Below, piece by piece: positions 43,234 to 59,960 of a DNA stretch of 64,000 nucleotides. The translations under genes were made by a program, and so were the position numbers. Every line of letters starts with the position of its first letter. Positions within the stretch are counted from its first letter, which is position 1. This DNA comes from the human T2T-CHM13v2.0 reference genome, Homo sapiens, in the NCBI RefSeq assembly GCF_009914755.1, contig NC_060925.1. One strand, given 5' to 3'. The notes beneath the pieces are model-generated. The model saw nothing but the letters and a program-made list of their open reading frames with translations. It made no database searches and had not been told where the DNA came from.

Positions 43234-44752
43234 TTTTTTTCTTTCCAACTGTTATTTTAGGTTTGGGGTTACATGTGCAGGTTTGTTACATGGGTAAATT
43301 GAGTGTCATTGAGGTTTGCTCTACAAATGATTCCATCACCCAGGTAGTGAGCATACTACCTGATAGGTAATTTTCTAATCCTTACCCTGTCCCACCCTCC
43401 CTCTTCTTGTAGTCCCCAGTGTCTATTGTTGCCATCTTTATGATCGTGTACACTCAGTTTTTAGCTTCCCGTTATAAGGAGAACATGTGGTATTTGATTT
43501 TCCACTCCTGGATTAATTCACTTAGGATAATGGCCTCCGGCCACATTCATGTTGGTGCAAAGTACATGATTTTGTTCTTTTTTTGGCTGTGTAGTACTCC
43601 ATGGTGTGTATGTACCACATTTTCTTTATCCAGTCCACCACTGATGGGCATCTAGGTTGATTCCATGTCTTTGTTATTGTAAATAGTGCTGCAAGGAACT
43701 TATAAGTGCATATGTCCTTTTGGCAGAATGATTTATTTTCCTTTGGGTATATACCCAGTAATGGGATTGCTGGGTTGAATGGTAATTCTGTTTTAAGTTC
43801 TTTGAGAAATCTCCAAACTGCTTCTCACAGTGACTGAACTAGTTTACATTTTCATCATCAGTATATAAGCATAGCCTTTTCTTGGCAAGCTCACCAATGT
43901 CTGTTGTTTTTTGACATTTTAATAAAACCCATTCTGACTGGTTTGAGATGGTGTCTCATTGTAGTTTTGATTTGCATTGCTCTAATGAATAATGATGTTG
44001 AGCATTTTTTCATATATTTGTTGGCCAGATGTATTTCTTCTTTTGGGAAGTGTCTGTTCACGTCCTTTGCCTATTTTTTAATGGGATTATTTGGGTTTTG
44101 CTTGTTGATTTAAGTTTCTGATAGATTCTGGATGTTAGACCTTTGTAGGGTGCCATTTGTAAATATTTTCTCCATTCTGTAGGTCGTCTGTTTACTCTGT
44201 TGATAGTTTCTTTTGCTGTGCTGAAGCTCTTTAGTTTAATTAGTTCCCAATTGTCAATTTTTGTTTTGTTGCTTTTGGGAACTTAACCATAAATTATTTG
44301 CCAAATTGATGTCCAGAATGGTAGTTCCTGGGTTTTCTTCAAGGATTTTTATAGTTTTAGGTCTTACATTTTAAGTCGTTAATTAATCGTGAGTTAATTT
44401 GAGGTGAAAGGTAGTGGTCCACTTTCATTCTTTTGCATTTGGATAGCCAGTTATCCCAGCACCATTTATTGAATAGGGAGCCCTTTCCCCATTATGTACT
44501 GTTGACTTTATCAAAGATCAGATGGTTGTAGGTGTAGGGCTTTATTTCTGGGCTCTCTATTCTGCAATTGGTCTATGTGTCTATTTTTGTACCAGTACCA
44601 TGCTGTTTTGGTTTTTGGTAGCCCTATAGTATAGTTTTAAGTAGGGTAGTGTGATGCCTGCAGCTTTGTTGTGTTTGCTTAGAATTGTTTTGGCTATTTG
44701 GGCTCTTCTTTGGTTCAGTATGAATTTTAGAATAGTTTTTTATAGTTCTGTA

Positions 44753-44753
<1 letters not shown>
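43234..44753 (-). mobile_element. 5'-truncated L1 (L1PA13-16-like), 3' 1.5 kb
   Basis: T-run, then tttccaactgttattttagg...acatgtgcaggtttgttacatgggtaaattg 3' UTR, continuing into antisense ORF2. Confidence 0.9.
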
Positions 44754-45849
<1,096 letters not shown>

Positions 45850-48135
45850 TGGAGATTAAGTTTCGACTTGAGTTTTGGAGGGGACACACATTCAAACCAC
45901 AGCGATTAACTTTCAATTTCAGTCCATTCGGTAGTGGTTTAAAGAATGGAGAGTGGGGTCTTAGACTCGCAATAGGTAGGCTAGAAGGCTGTTCTCTGAT
46001 CTAAGCAAGACAAAAACGAGGGCCTAAACTAAGCTGGTCACAGATAGTAGAAAGAAAGGGACAGATGTGAATGATAGTGAGAAAATAAAATTGATAAAAA
46101 TTGGTGACCAGTTGTTTGGATGAAGAGAGGGTAATTTTGTTTGTTTATTCCCTGTATTCCTTCATTTAGTAAAAATTCACTGGGAGCCTGCGCCAGTTTA
46201 GCACTGGGTATTTAGCAGGGAACACAATGAACCATTTCCACACTCTCAGAGCTTTCATTCTAAGGAGGGGAGATGGATGATAAAGGAATAAGCCCGTGTA
46301 AAAGCGAGGTAATTTCAGCTGGTGATAGCAACCATGTTGAGTAAGCAGTATTGATCAAAGGGGAAATTCAGGAGGGGAATCGATCGCACAGGAGTAAAGT
46401 ATCAAATTTGGCCAGTAAGTAGAAGGAATTAAGTTAATAAATTCGGGTAAAACTATATAGGCCAGCTAGATCTTATGGAAAAAGCCATGGAAAGGAGAGA
46501 AAGCAGGCCAACCTGCAGACTGAAGTGTGTTCTTCTGACTGCAAGTTAGTGTTAGAAGGAACATGGTAGGAACCCTGAGACCTACAAGCAGAGGGTCTTG
46601 GTCAAGGCTCCAGGGCCCATCTTCCACCTCTGTTTGCACTGGCTGTGCCCCCGATCCAGCTTCTGATCCTCAGATAAAACAGGTGAAGTAAGCTGTAATT
46701 AGAGGTGGAGCCACTGTGTGGTCTACGTAGCTCTACCATTAGGTGATGATCTGGGGTAAAGTTGGGAAATGTTTCATGGATTTGAGCCTGTGAGGTTAAA
46801 AGAGTTTCTGGGTGCTGTCGTGCTCCTGGGCTGTGGTCCAGTTGGTGATGAGCACCTGAATGCCCGCATGGCCTCACACATCTACTCACCAGCATCCCTG
46901 TCGGAAGAGACCCAAGGACTGGGTGAAAGAGGATGTTTGCTGTCCTGGTGTTCTGTGGAGGTAGGCTGGAGACTGGGGCAAGCATAGCTCCCTGTCCATA
47001 CCATCACCAAAGAACTGGGATTTTGTTTTAAGAAAAGAAAGTCGTAAGAATGTTTATGTGTTGACGGGAAAGAAACACAATACTAATACAGAGCAAGAGA
47101 GACTCTCTATAGAAAAGAGAGGTAACTGGCAAAGCTACAGGAGGTGGGATTCAGACTACAGGTGTAGAAAGTGGCATCTCTTCCTATAACAGTGCCTGCA
47201 GGTTCACACCAGGTCACCTCAATTTCCTCTGAGGTGGGAGGAGTTTGCTGAGAGAGAGGTGGGCAGGCTAGAATCAGGAGCTTAAGTAGCATGGTGATGG
47301 TTTGGACAAGCTGCCATAGAGGGTGAGAGAGGAAATGTTTAGAAGCAAGCACGATGATTTCCGTGGGGAGCTGAAGACACAGCTAAAACTTGAATGAACT
47401 CAGGCATGAGGGACTTAAATGGAAATATTGGAAGCATCTTACTTTTTATGATACATTGCTCCTGAAAATTTACTTATAAATAACATTTTGACAAATTCTG
47501 TTTCTTTCATTCGAAAAACATCGGTCATTTTCTGCCCAGTGAGCTTGGGGCTGGGTGATAACATCGATTAAGAAACCAGACTCCAGGGCTCTTCATCTAC
47601 AGGAGAAACAGATAGGCAATAGACCCATGCCTCTGGGGTAGAGGCAACAGAGAGACGATGTAGACACCGGGTCTTGTGGCTGGGAGTGGGGTCAGCAAAG
47701 GTGATAATTAAATTGGCAGCTAAAGCAATTCATCAAATGGAGGAGCATTCCCGCAGATGGCACAGGCTGTGAGACACAGGAACGTGAAAGGCCTCTACAA
47801 AGTGTTGAAGGATCTTGCTATTGAGGAGCAGTCAATGGTGACGGGTCTTACATGGCATTTGGATGTGGCAGGTGGAGACATGTGGCTCATCTCACCTGAA
47901 GCAACTGCTCTGAATCCAGGTGCCCTAGAACCATGATACTGGCCTTCCAGAAAGCTAGATGTGGTTTGGGGAGACTACATTTACTGACAGAAGGAACCCA
48001 CATTTCTTTATTTTAATGGAAAGAATGCAGCAATTGAGACCAATCTGAAAAGAAAAAGTCATTGGTTTCTTCCTATTTTCCACCCTTTCCCAACTGTTTC
48101 CCTGTGTTGTACCACTCTTTAAAAGTTTCGATTCT

Positions 48136-48315
48136 GGGCTGAACATGGTAGCACATGCCTATGGTGCTGGCTACTTGAGAAGCAGAGGCAGGAGGATCGC
48201 TTGAACCCAGGAGGTCAAGACTGCTGTGAGCCGTGATCATGCCACTGCACTCCAGCCTGGGCAATAGAGAGAGACTCTGTCTCAAATAATAATAATAATT
48301 AAAAGTTAAAAAAAT
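48136..48315 (+). mobile_element. FRAM/FAM-like Alu monomer
   Basis: Right-arm-type monomer with (aat)n tail; flanking tt(c/t)gattctg repeat. Confidence 0.8.
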
Positions 48316-49963
48316 AAGGATTTGATTCTGTACAGAATTTCTTCTTGTATCTCTTTCTTTCCATTGCCTCAGAATTAGTTTTTCTGCCATGCTTCTTGGC
48401 CAAAGAGACGTTAGGTTCCTAAAGACTAATAATATTCAAATAATGTTCAAATTATATTCAATCACTTAAATTAAATATGTATAATTAAATGTAGCACTCA
48501 GCTCTAATAATCATTATTCTTCTGAAATATGATTCACTCAGACAGAATACACTATTCCCAATATTATCTTTCACATAAATTATTATACTTAATTAGTATA
48601 ACCAAACCCAGTTTCCCACAGAAACGGTGACCCTTCCACTCCTACCTACGGCCACCACTTGGCTTCATCCTATGGATTAGCCTTCCACAGTGCTGTCTGT
48701 GCTGCTCACTGTTAGTTTGGATCTAGAGGAACAATGAACCTGTTTGCTGGGGATTTATGGCATCATTAGAGATCACCAGAGAAGAAGAATATGCCCACAG
48801 GTGCTCACAGCTCATTCAGTACAGAGGACTGTCCTGGCTCTGAGTCTAACTAGAGACCCCAGTACCAGAGACTAGGAGAAGGGCTGACTGCTTCTGGGTC
48901 AACTTTGAATATGCAAAACTCTTTTCATTGATTAGGGCCAGTTGATTATTTTACATTCCCCTGAGAAAGCACAGTTATAAAGCGTTAACTCCTCCAAGGC
49001 TCATTCATCCATTGTACGGGATTAAATACCTAACTTAGAGGGCAGGCACAAAAATAGGAGGAGATTAGGTTGGATAGCATGAAATTGCTGATATTTGATT
49101 ACTTTTTGACCTACAAAAACAAGTGTTTTTGTATATCATCTAATATATCAACATGATGTGAATTCATGTTACAATTATACAGTTATAACACCTATAACAT
49201 CATGTATCAATCCATAGATTTCTTGCATTTCAAGAGGGAAGATTGGGATAAACCAAGAGAAAAGATGATTCTAACAGTTACTCTCCTAATCGACATTGCT
49301 TGTGAAGTCTGTGCCACTTTTAGGTCTCAGCTCAAATGGAGAACAAGGCAGACTAAATCTTATTATTCTGCCAGTTTTCTGCTTACATGGAGGGAAATGG
49401 ATTAAATCAGGGTTGTTGCTTTCTCAGCCTGTTACCATCATTCATGTCAGGGGAGGCAGGAAGAGAGAAGAAAAGCCAAGACTTATAGAAGAGTTTGCTG
49501 GGAATTTACACCATTTGCACCTGAAAGATCCACAACCAAGTGGCCTCTTGTGCCAGTCCCCTCTCTTGCTCCAGATGAGCTCTTTCTGACAAGCGCACCC
49601 ACTTTCTGGGTGCAGATGGTCTTTCCAATAGGATTCCACTCACGTTCTCAATCATTCAGCAAAAACCCACTGTGTTCAAAGGACCATATTGTGGGTTTCA
49701 TTGTTTCTCTGGAGATGATAAGTTAGCCCTAGACCCTATCACCTATGTGTGAACTCAAAAAGGACCTGGTCCCCTCTACACCTGTTGGACCTCATTTTCA
49801 ATTCCAGGCTGGGTATCAATGAAGGAGCACATGGCTACTGATGCCATAGAATGGTAACTTGGCAGAGTCACAGCTACTAGCTGCCATAATGAGCCTTGTA
49901 TTGCTCCAGCATTAACATTCCTGCTCTATCCAAGATAATCCATTTGCCATGTTCTGAGTGTAA

Positions 49964-50152
<189 letters not shown>

Positions 50153-50754
50153 TAGATTCTACACTAGTCATATCCTGAAATTGGCTTTTGTCACAACTGT
50201 GTCCATTTCAAGGTCTCCTGCCTGTTATTCAGGTGCGTTTCTTAACTCCTAGACCCACCTTGGACACCAAACATTATCTTTACCAACACTGTCTAGACAC
50301 AGCCTGGAACCATTTCCTTGCTTCTTAAAATTTATGTATTATGGACAAATACATGAATCAAATAGTTTTATAAGATGTGTAGACAAAAACAACAGCCCAC
50401 TGCACCCCTCCAACCCATCCATTTTCCCATTCCTGAAGGCAACCTGTTTTAGTTTTTCAGTTGACCTCGTTGGTGTTTAATTCCATATTTCTGAATAGCA
50501 TGTTTGCATTGATACTTCGTGATTGTTCTGCTCTCGGCATTCTCTATTGACTTCGTACTATAAAAAAATAAGAGTTGAGCTATCTTTTCTCTCTGTGTTC
50601 GTATGATCCCCAAGCACCCTTCCCAGCCATCTAGTCTCCAGTTCATTTATATCATTATTTTTAAATATACTCATCATGTTTATATTATTATAAGTCAAAT
50701 TCACCATTGAACTTGTGGTAAATTATTATTGCTATTCTTTCATGAGCAACCTTT

Positions 50755-53281
<2,527 letters not shown>

Positions 53282-53289
53282 TAACCTTT

Positions 53290-55380
53290 TAATTCTCCAT
53301 AAAATTAATTATTGTGTTTTTTGTTTGCTTGGTTTTCTATGACCCTATCATAAATTCAACTCCAAACTCTGCACCAATTTTTTTTAAACTTTACTCAAGA
53401 ATTTAGGCCACATAAACATTCCAACAAATTTGTCTTCGTAGGTAAATCTTTTCCAGAGTTTTCCCACTATGCCTAATGCGCAGCTGTCATCCTGGCATCT
53501 CATTCTGGGTATTCACTCCCTGCCTTCCGATCCCTGCATCTTGTATCTTTCTTTCTGGGATTGTTCCCTTATTTGGTAGAACACATCATCTAGGAGCATA
53601 CAGAGAAAGGGGGCATGGAAGTACATGTTTTGAGACCTTGCACATCTGAACCTTTCTTTAATCTATTTTTATACTTAACTGATAATTTGGCTAGAGTTGA
53701 AAATAATGATCCTAGAGAATTTTAAAGTTCTTGCTCTTGTGTCCTTTAACATCCAAAATTGTTATTGAGAAGTCGGAAGCCAAGTTAATTCCTGACCTTT
53801 GAATATACCTTTAAAAAAAAAATCTTCCCTGGAAGCAAGTAGTAGCTTTTGTAATTTCAGAATTATATGCCTTAACGTGGGTTTATTTTCATCTATTAGA
53901 ACACTCAGAAACTCAGATGTTTCAGTTTTAGTAAATCTTCTTGAATTGTATTATAAATAATTTGTTTCCTTCCATCTCTCTTTTCTAAACTGTGTATTAC
54001 GTTCATGCTGAGTTTCATGACCTGGCCCTGGCCCTCTAATTATCTTTGCTTTTCTGTTTCCTTCTGTTTCCTACCTCTTTGTGCTTTTACTCCACTTTCT
54101 AAGCTCCTTAGATTTGTTTTACAACCCTTCCACTGAGTTATAAATTTCTGTTTTATATGTTTAATTACAAGAGCTCTTTTTTGTTTGCCAACTTTTTAAA
54201 TTTAACATTCTATCCTCATTTCGTGGATGCAATATTTTCTCTTATCTCTTTGAACACATAACAGATCTTTTGGACTTTATTCTCCTTGAAGAGTCTGTTT
54301 CCACCAAAGTGGTTGTTTTTTCTGTTTGTTTCAGCTCCTATATTTCAAATTAAAGAATAAATAAAGACTTCCAGTGAGCCTTGGCTGTCCGCTCATACTT
54401 AGGAGCAGGGCACTATAAAGTTGATGGGAAGCTCTGAGCTCATGGGTTAGAATGGATGACTTTAAGTTTAACTCTAGGGTTATCTAGTTGTGGGTTTGTT
54501 TGTTCATTCATTTTTAGAGGTGGGATCTCACTCTGTCACCCAGGTTGGAGTGCAGTGGCATGATCATAGCTTATTGCTACCTCAAGCAATCCTCCACCCT
54601 CAGCCTCCCAAGTAGCTGGGACTACAGGTGTGCACTACCATGCCCAGCTAATTTTTGTTTGTTTGTTTTTAGAGACAGGATCTCGTGATATTGCCCAGAC
54701 TTGCCTCGAATTCTTGGGCTCAAGCAATCCTCCCAGCTTAGCGTCCCAAGTCACTGAGATTACAGGCATGAGCCACCATGCCCAGCTTAGTTGGGCTATT
54801 TAATTGAGGGATATTAGTGTACATATCTTTGGATCTTTTTTCTTGGTCTCTCAGGTTTCCAAGATAAGACTCTTCCAGTATCCCTCATGGAGAGAAGTGG
54901 CCTGACAGCCTCCTGGGAGCTGAGAAGGAGGAGAGCTATAGTATCAGCATCTGGCAGGTGTCCATGTAATTAATTTCCTATTTTATCTGTGGCATCCCCA
55001 TCTTCAATTTTGACATGTGTCCACTAGTCCAGAGATTGTGTTCTATCTTTTCACAACTATTCAGCTCCAGTCTTTTGTCAGTGTCGGGAGGGACAGTACT
55101 CTTATTGCTGGGAATAGAGGAAGCTGGAGGGTATAACTGCTCAGTAAACAGACTTTCCACCAATGCATCTTTATTTTAGTGCCACCTCATTTGCCCTCAC
55201 TTCCAAAGGTATTCACTGCCATCAATTTCTGAGCCTTCTTGGGGTTTTGTAGTATAATTAGTTTGGTTCTCAGTTTTCCCCACTGCTGGGTCTAGGATTT
55301 AGTTTCTTCAGGTCAACTAAGTCATTTATTATAAGTAAGTAGTTTTCCAATGTACAAAAACTTGTATTAATCAAACATCT
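53290..55380 (-). mobile_element. Ancient L1M fragments
   Basis: Degenerate antisense ORF1-like motifs (gttattgagaagtcggaagcc; ttttgagaccttgcacatctgaa) resembling 5750-6900. Confidence 0.5.
54495..54787 (-). mobile_element. AluJ
   Basis: gatcatagct, ttgcccagac, gggctcaagcaatcctccc AluJ diagnostics. Confidence 0.88.
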
Positions 55381-55473
55381 CTTGGACACAATCTATAGAA
55401 AATGGTTTAGAGTCTAAGGACTCATTAACTTCACAAATATTTATAGTAAGCCTACTCGATGTTAGATACTATT

Positions 55474-55902
55474 TGTCCTAGTCTGTTTTGTGTTGCTATA
55501 AAGGAATACCTGAGGTTGGGTCATTTACTAACAAAAGAGATTTATTTGGTTCACAATTCTGTAGGCTGTACATAAAATGAGGCATAGTGCCAGCATCTGC
55601 TTATGATAAGGGACTCAGGGAGCTTCCAATTGTGGTGGAAGGTGGAGGGGAGCAGGCATCACATGGTAATAGGAAGGAAGCAAGAGAGAGAGGGGAGGGA
55701 GGTATCAGGCTGCTTTTAGCAATCAGTTCTTGCAGGAGCTAATAAAGCAAAAACTACTCACTCACTGTCCCGAGAATGGCACAAAGCTATTCATGAGGGA
55801 TCTGCCCCCATGACCCAAACACCTGCCACCAGGCCCCACTTCCAACATTGGTATCACATTTTAACATGAGATTTGGAGAGGACAAATATGCAAACTATAT
55901 CA
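55474..55902 (-). mobile_element. MaLR solo LTR (MSTB-like) within an L2
   Basis: tgtcctagtctg...caaactatatca termini; perfect 5-bp TSD ctatt. Confidence 0.9.
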
Positions 55903-55904
55903 CT

Positions 55905-57720
55905 ATTCTGTTCACAAGAGGTACAGTGAATAAAACAGACAATAGCCCTACTTCATGGAGGTTACAATCTAGTGAGCTTGCATTTATATAGATTACATTC
56001 CAAACAACTAAATAAGTGGATGGATAATAGAACGTCAGGTAGGTATGGAAGAAAAAATAAAGCTAGGTAGCCATGCGAGAGCATGCTGTTTTAGAAGGAT
56101 GCTCAGGGAATTCCTCTCTGATGAAGTGACATTTGACCAGACTTGAATGTGGCATGTAAATTGGTCATGCATGTGCCTGCTAAGAACTTTCCAAACATGG
56201 GCAACTTCAGGTGCAGAAGTCCTGAAACAGGAGTGTGCTTGGCCTGTTTGAGAAACAAGAAGGAAGCCCCTTTGCCTGGTAAGAGTAGTGAGGGTAAAGG
56301 CACAGAGCCATCTCGGGTCAGCTCATGCAAAGGTTCCAAGAGTCAGACTGTGTGTTTTTGTTTTGTTTTGTTTTCTTTTCTTTTCTTTTTTATTATTATT
56401 ATACTTTAAGTTTTAGGGTACATGTGCACAATATGCAGGTTAGTTACATATGTATACATGTGCCATGTTGGGGTGCTGCACCCATTAACTTGTCATTTAG
56501 CATTAGGTATATCTCCTAATGCTATCCCTTCCCCCTCCCCCCACCCCACAACAGTCCCCAGAGTGTGATGTTCCCCTTCCTGTGTCCATGTGTTCTCACT
56601 GTTCAATTCCCACCTATGAGTGAGAACATGTGGTGTTTGGTTTTTTGTCCTTGCGATAGTTTACTGAGAATGATGATTTCCAATTTCATCCATGTCCCTA
56701 CAAAGGACATGAACTCATCCTTTTTTATGGCTGCATAGTATTCCATGGTGTATATGTGCCACACTTTATTAATCCAGTCTATCATTGATGGACATTTGGG
56801 TTGGTTCCAAGTCTTTGCTATTGTGAGTAGTGCCACAATAAACATACATATGCATGTGTCTTTATAGCAGCATGATTTATAGTCCTTTGGGTATATACCC
56901 AGTAATGGGATGGCTGGGTCAAATGGTATTTCTAGTTCTAGATCCCTGAGGAATCGCCACACTGACTTCCACAATGGTTGAACTAGTTTACAGTCCCACC
57001 AACAGTGTAAAAAACAGACACTTCTCAAAAGAAGACATTTATGCAGCCAAAAGACACATGAAAAAATGCTCATCATCAGACTGTGTGTTTTATTCAAAAT
57101 GCAGTGGGGAACCATTGAAGGGCTCAAGTAGGGAACTGATAAGCCAAATTTAAATTTTAAAAGGATCATTCTGGCTGCCCTCTGGAGTCCATTTTGAGGT
57201 TGTTATAGTGTCCAAATAAGAGATGGTGAGGAGTGGTTAGATTCAAGACATCACTGAAGATAACACCCATAGGATTTGATTCTGGGTTGGAAGTGGCATA
57301 TGAAAGACCAGCCTAGGTTTCTGGACTGGGAAAATGGAAAAGGAGAATTTCAATCCTGAGATGAGGAAGATTAAAGAAGGAGCAAGCTGTGAGGAAAGCA
57401 TGGAGAAATGCAGTTCTATTTTCATTCTGAGATGCCCAATAGACATTTAAGAAGAGATGGATGGATATTATGAATTTTGGAGCCTAGAGTTAAGGGAAGA
57501 AGTTTGTGACAGAGTTACTTTTTTGAGAGTCATCAGTTTTTAGAAGGTATTCGAAGCTCTAAACAGGATGAAATCATCTGCAGAGTGAGTTTAGAGAGAA
57601 AAGAGAGGAGGCTAAATGAATGAGCCCTGGTGCACAGCAAAACCCACAAGGGGGACTGAAAGGAGCATACAGTGATAGAAAGAAAATCCAGACAGGAGAG
57701 TATCCTCGAAGTCAAGGAAT
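55905..57720 (-). mobile_element. L2 fragment interrupted by L1PA
   Basis: gtacagtgaataaaacagac...gaagtgacatttga...aaggatcattctggctgc...gagatgcccaatagacat. Confidence 0.7.
56359..57078 (-). mobile_element. Young L1PA (L1PA3/4-like), 5'-truncated with 5' inversion
   Basis: Antisense 3' end ttattatactttaagttttagggtacatgtgcac to ~57012, then a sense segment to 57078; 16-bp TSD tcagactgtgtgtttt. Confidence 0.95.
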
Positions 57721-58068
57721 GAAACCATTCAAAGAAGTTTCCCCTAAGAAGTCCATCATCTGGTTGGAAAGATAGGCTTCTAAATCAATGCATAGAAGTA
57801 CAAGCTTATAAACATTAAAATAGGGTATAAACAAAGTGCTATGGGAGTCCCAAGGAACAAGCTTTAACACCTCCCATGGAAGGTGAGGGAGGCTTCACTG
57901 AGCAACATTAAACTGTATTCATTGATTAGTAGAAATTGCTGAGTGAGAAAGTGCAGGGCGGGCACGGCTCCCAGATGAAACAAGCATGGAGAGGCAGAGA
58001 TACTGAGACATCCACACAGTCACGGAGCTGTGTTTCATCCTTGCTGGTGACTGCAGCATGACAGTTAG

Positions 58069-58935
58069 TGATGCAGGATATTTTCTTGACCCCTTCATGG
58101 AACCCATGACAGGGGTGCTCCATTTACTCAGCCTGCCATGCTCAACCCCTCGTGGGAGAGAGTGAGTAGGAGAGGGACTACAGGAACCAGCCGGCCGCTT
58201 TGCAGCTGGCAGGAGCAAACTCCATGCACGCCCCGCGGCAGCATCCAGGTGGGGGTGCCTGCAACCCCAAGGCCCCAGAAGGCACCGTTACAATGCTCTC
58301 TTAGTTCCGCCATCCACAGACAGCAATGTGTTATCAGCTCAGTGGGCCCTCTGCCTCATCACATGGGGTGGCTGCCCTCCACCAGTGAGGGCAAAGGACC
58401 AGTTTGACAGCCTTTTTTGGGTACCAGCACTTGGTGGGTCCCAAATTCTTGTCCAGTGCCCAAAAAGAATGAGATGACATGGATGAATTGAATAATGGTA
58501 AATGTGGAGAATTTTACTGAGTGATGGAAGTGGCTCTCAGTGGAGAAGGCAGCTGGAAAGGGGACAGTAAAGGCAGGTCACTCTCCCCTGAAGTCAAGTT
58601 GCCTCTCCGCCTCTCTCCTCTGAAGTCAAGTTGCCTCTCTCCGATGTCCAGCCATTGTCTCTGAAGTCAAGTTTCTCTCCCTGACATCCAGCTGCTTCTT
58701 TCCTCTACCAGCTGAATCTGGGGTCTTTATAGGCACAGAATGGGGGAGCAGGATGGGCAACATTTGATTTGTAAAAAGACGTTATTCAAAAGGAACCAAT
58801 CAGGAGAGAGAGGGCAAATAGGGATAGAAGTTCTCGCTTTGGGTCACAGGTTTCAGGCTTTTTGACTTGAAGGCCGGGCTTCACCAGGGACCCGCCCCTG
58901 TCTGCCTAGAGTTTCTCTGCCCCCTGCTTCTATCA
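58069..58935 (-). mobile_element. ERV1 solo LTR (MER52/LTR27/LTR28 group)
   Basis: tgatgcagga...ctgcttctatca termini; GC-rich body; internal ctgaagtcaagtt repeats. Confidence 0.75.
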
Positions 58936-59569
58936 TTCAGAATGTACGATTTAGCAGAAGAAAGTGTGGTAGACCCACACAAGCATCCACACTGACAGAG
59001 GAGGCACCTGGCTTTGAGACTTTCCTTTGTGGGTTGGCTGCATCAACTGCTTCCTGTCATGGATGAAACCACAGAGCCTCATGATTATGGTCCTGGCTCT
59101 CACCTGGATGACAAGGCTGCATAGGCACTCTGGCCTTTGATGCCTCTTGAGGATGGAGTAGGAGAGAATTACAAAGTGGTTAACAACTAAGAAGACCTAA
59201 GGAGGGTCCGGCATCCTAGGGAAAGTTTGGGGACCGACTTTATTCTGGGATATGTCTGAAAAAAGATTCAAAAGAAATCATGTCTGGGCCTGCCACATAG
59301 AAGGCACCCAAGTTATTAATTCAACCAGACTCTGCAGCTGCGAACAGATGAGTAATGCTATGGATCATTTGCAGGGTCCTGCAGGAGAGTTGGCTGAACG
59401 TAAGACGTGTTATGATATGAATAACCTTTCATGGGTAGAAACACATGTGCTATCTCTGCAGAGGTATATTCGTTTTTAACTTTCTTCTTAGCAGCACAGT
59501 AATGTAAAATCTCCTTCTTTGGTAATGATGTCATCAACATCATTACTCTAGGGCTAATCTGCTTCTACA

Positions 59570-59960
59570 GTTAATTGTGAAACACAGGACAATTAACACT
59601 ACTACTGTAATAAATACCCTCAAATTCTCAATGGCTTAACACATTAAGTGTTTGTTTCTCACTCCTGTCACTGTGTGACAGTGGTCTGCTGGATCTTTCT
59701 CCTCCAAGTGGTGACTCAGGGATCCATGATCATCCTTCTTGTACTACGTCCACCTTCTGTACATAGTCGCTGTGATCTCCAGGAAGGGGGAAAAGGACTA
59801 CGGAGGGATTTCTTTCCAGACCTGAAAGTGATATACATCATTTCCACCTACATCCATTGACCAGAATCCAGTCACATGCACCCAATCTAACTGCAAAGGA
59901 AGTTGTGTCCAGGAAGAAAAAAATGAAGTTTGAGAGCATACATGCAGCTATCCATCTAGT
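59570..59960 (-). mobile_element. Old MLT1 LTR fragment
   Basis: ctcaatggcttaacaca...ccaagtggtgactcaggga...ccattgaccagaatccagtcacatg...taactgcaaagg. Confidence 0.65.

Noticed and set aside
53460-53480. cccactatgcct resembling mitochondrial 12S rRNA (possible NUMT)
   Set aside because: Only about a dozen bases match and the flanks do not extend the similarity.
58585-58700. Repeated ctgaagtcaagtt units resembling a repeat-spacer array
   Set aside because: Irregular internal tandem repeats of an ERV1 LTR in a eukaryotic context; not CRISPR.
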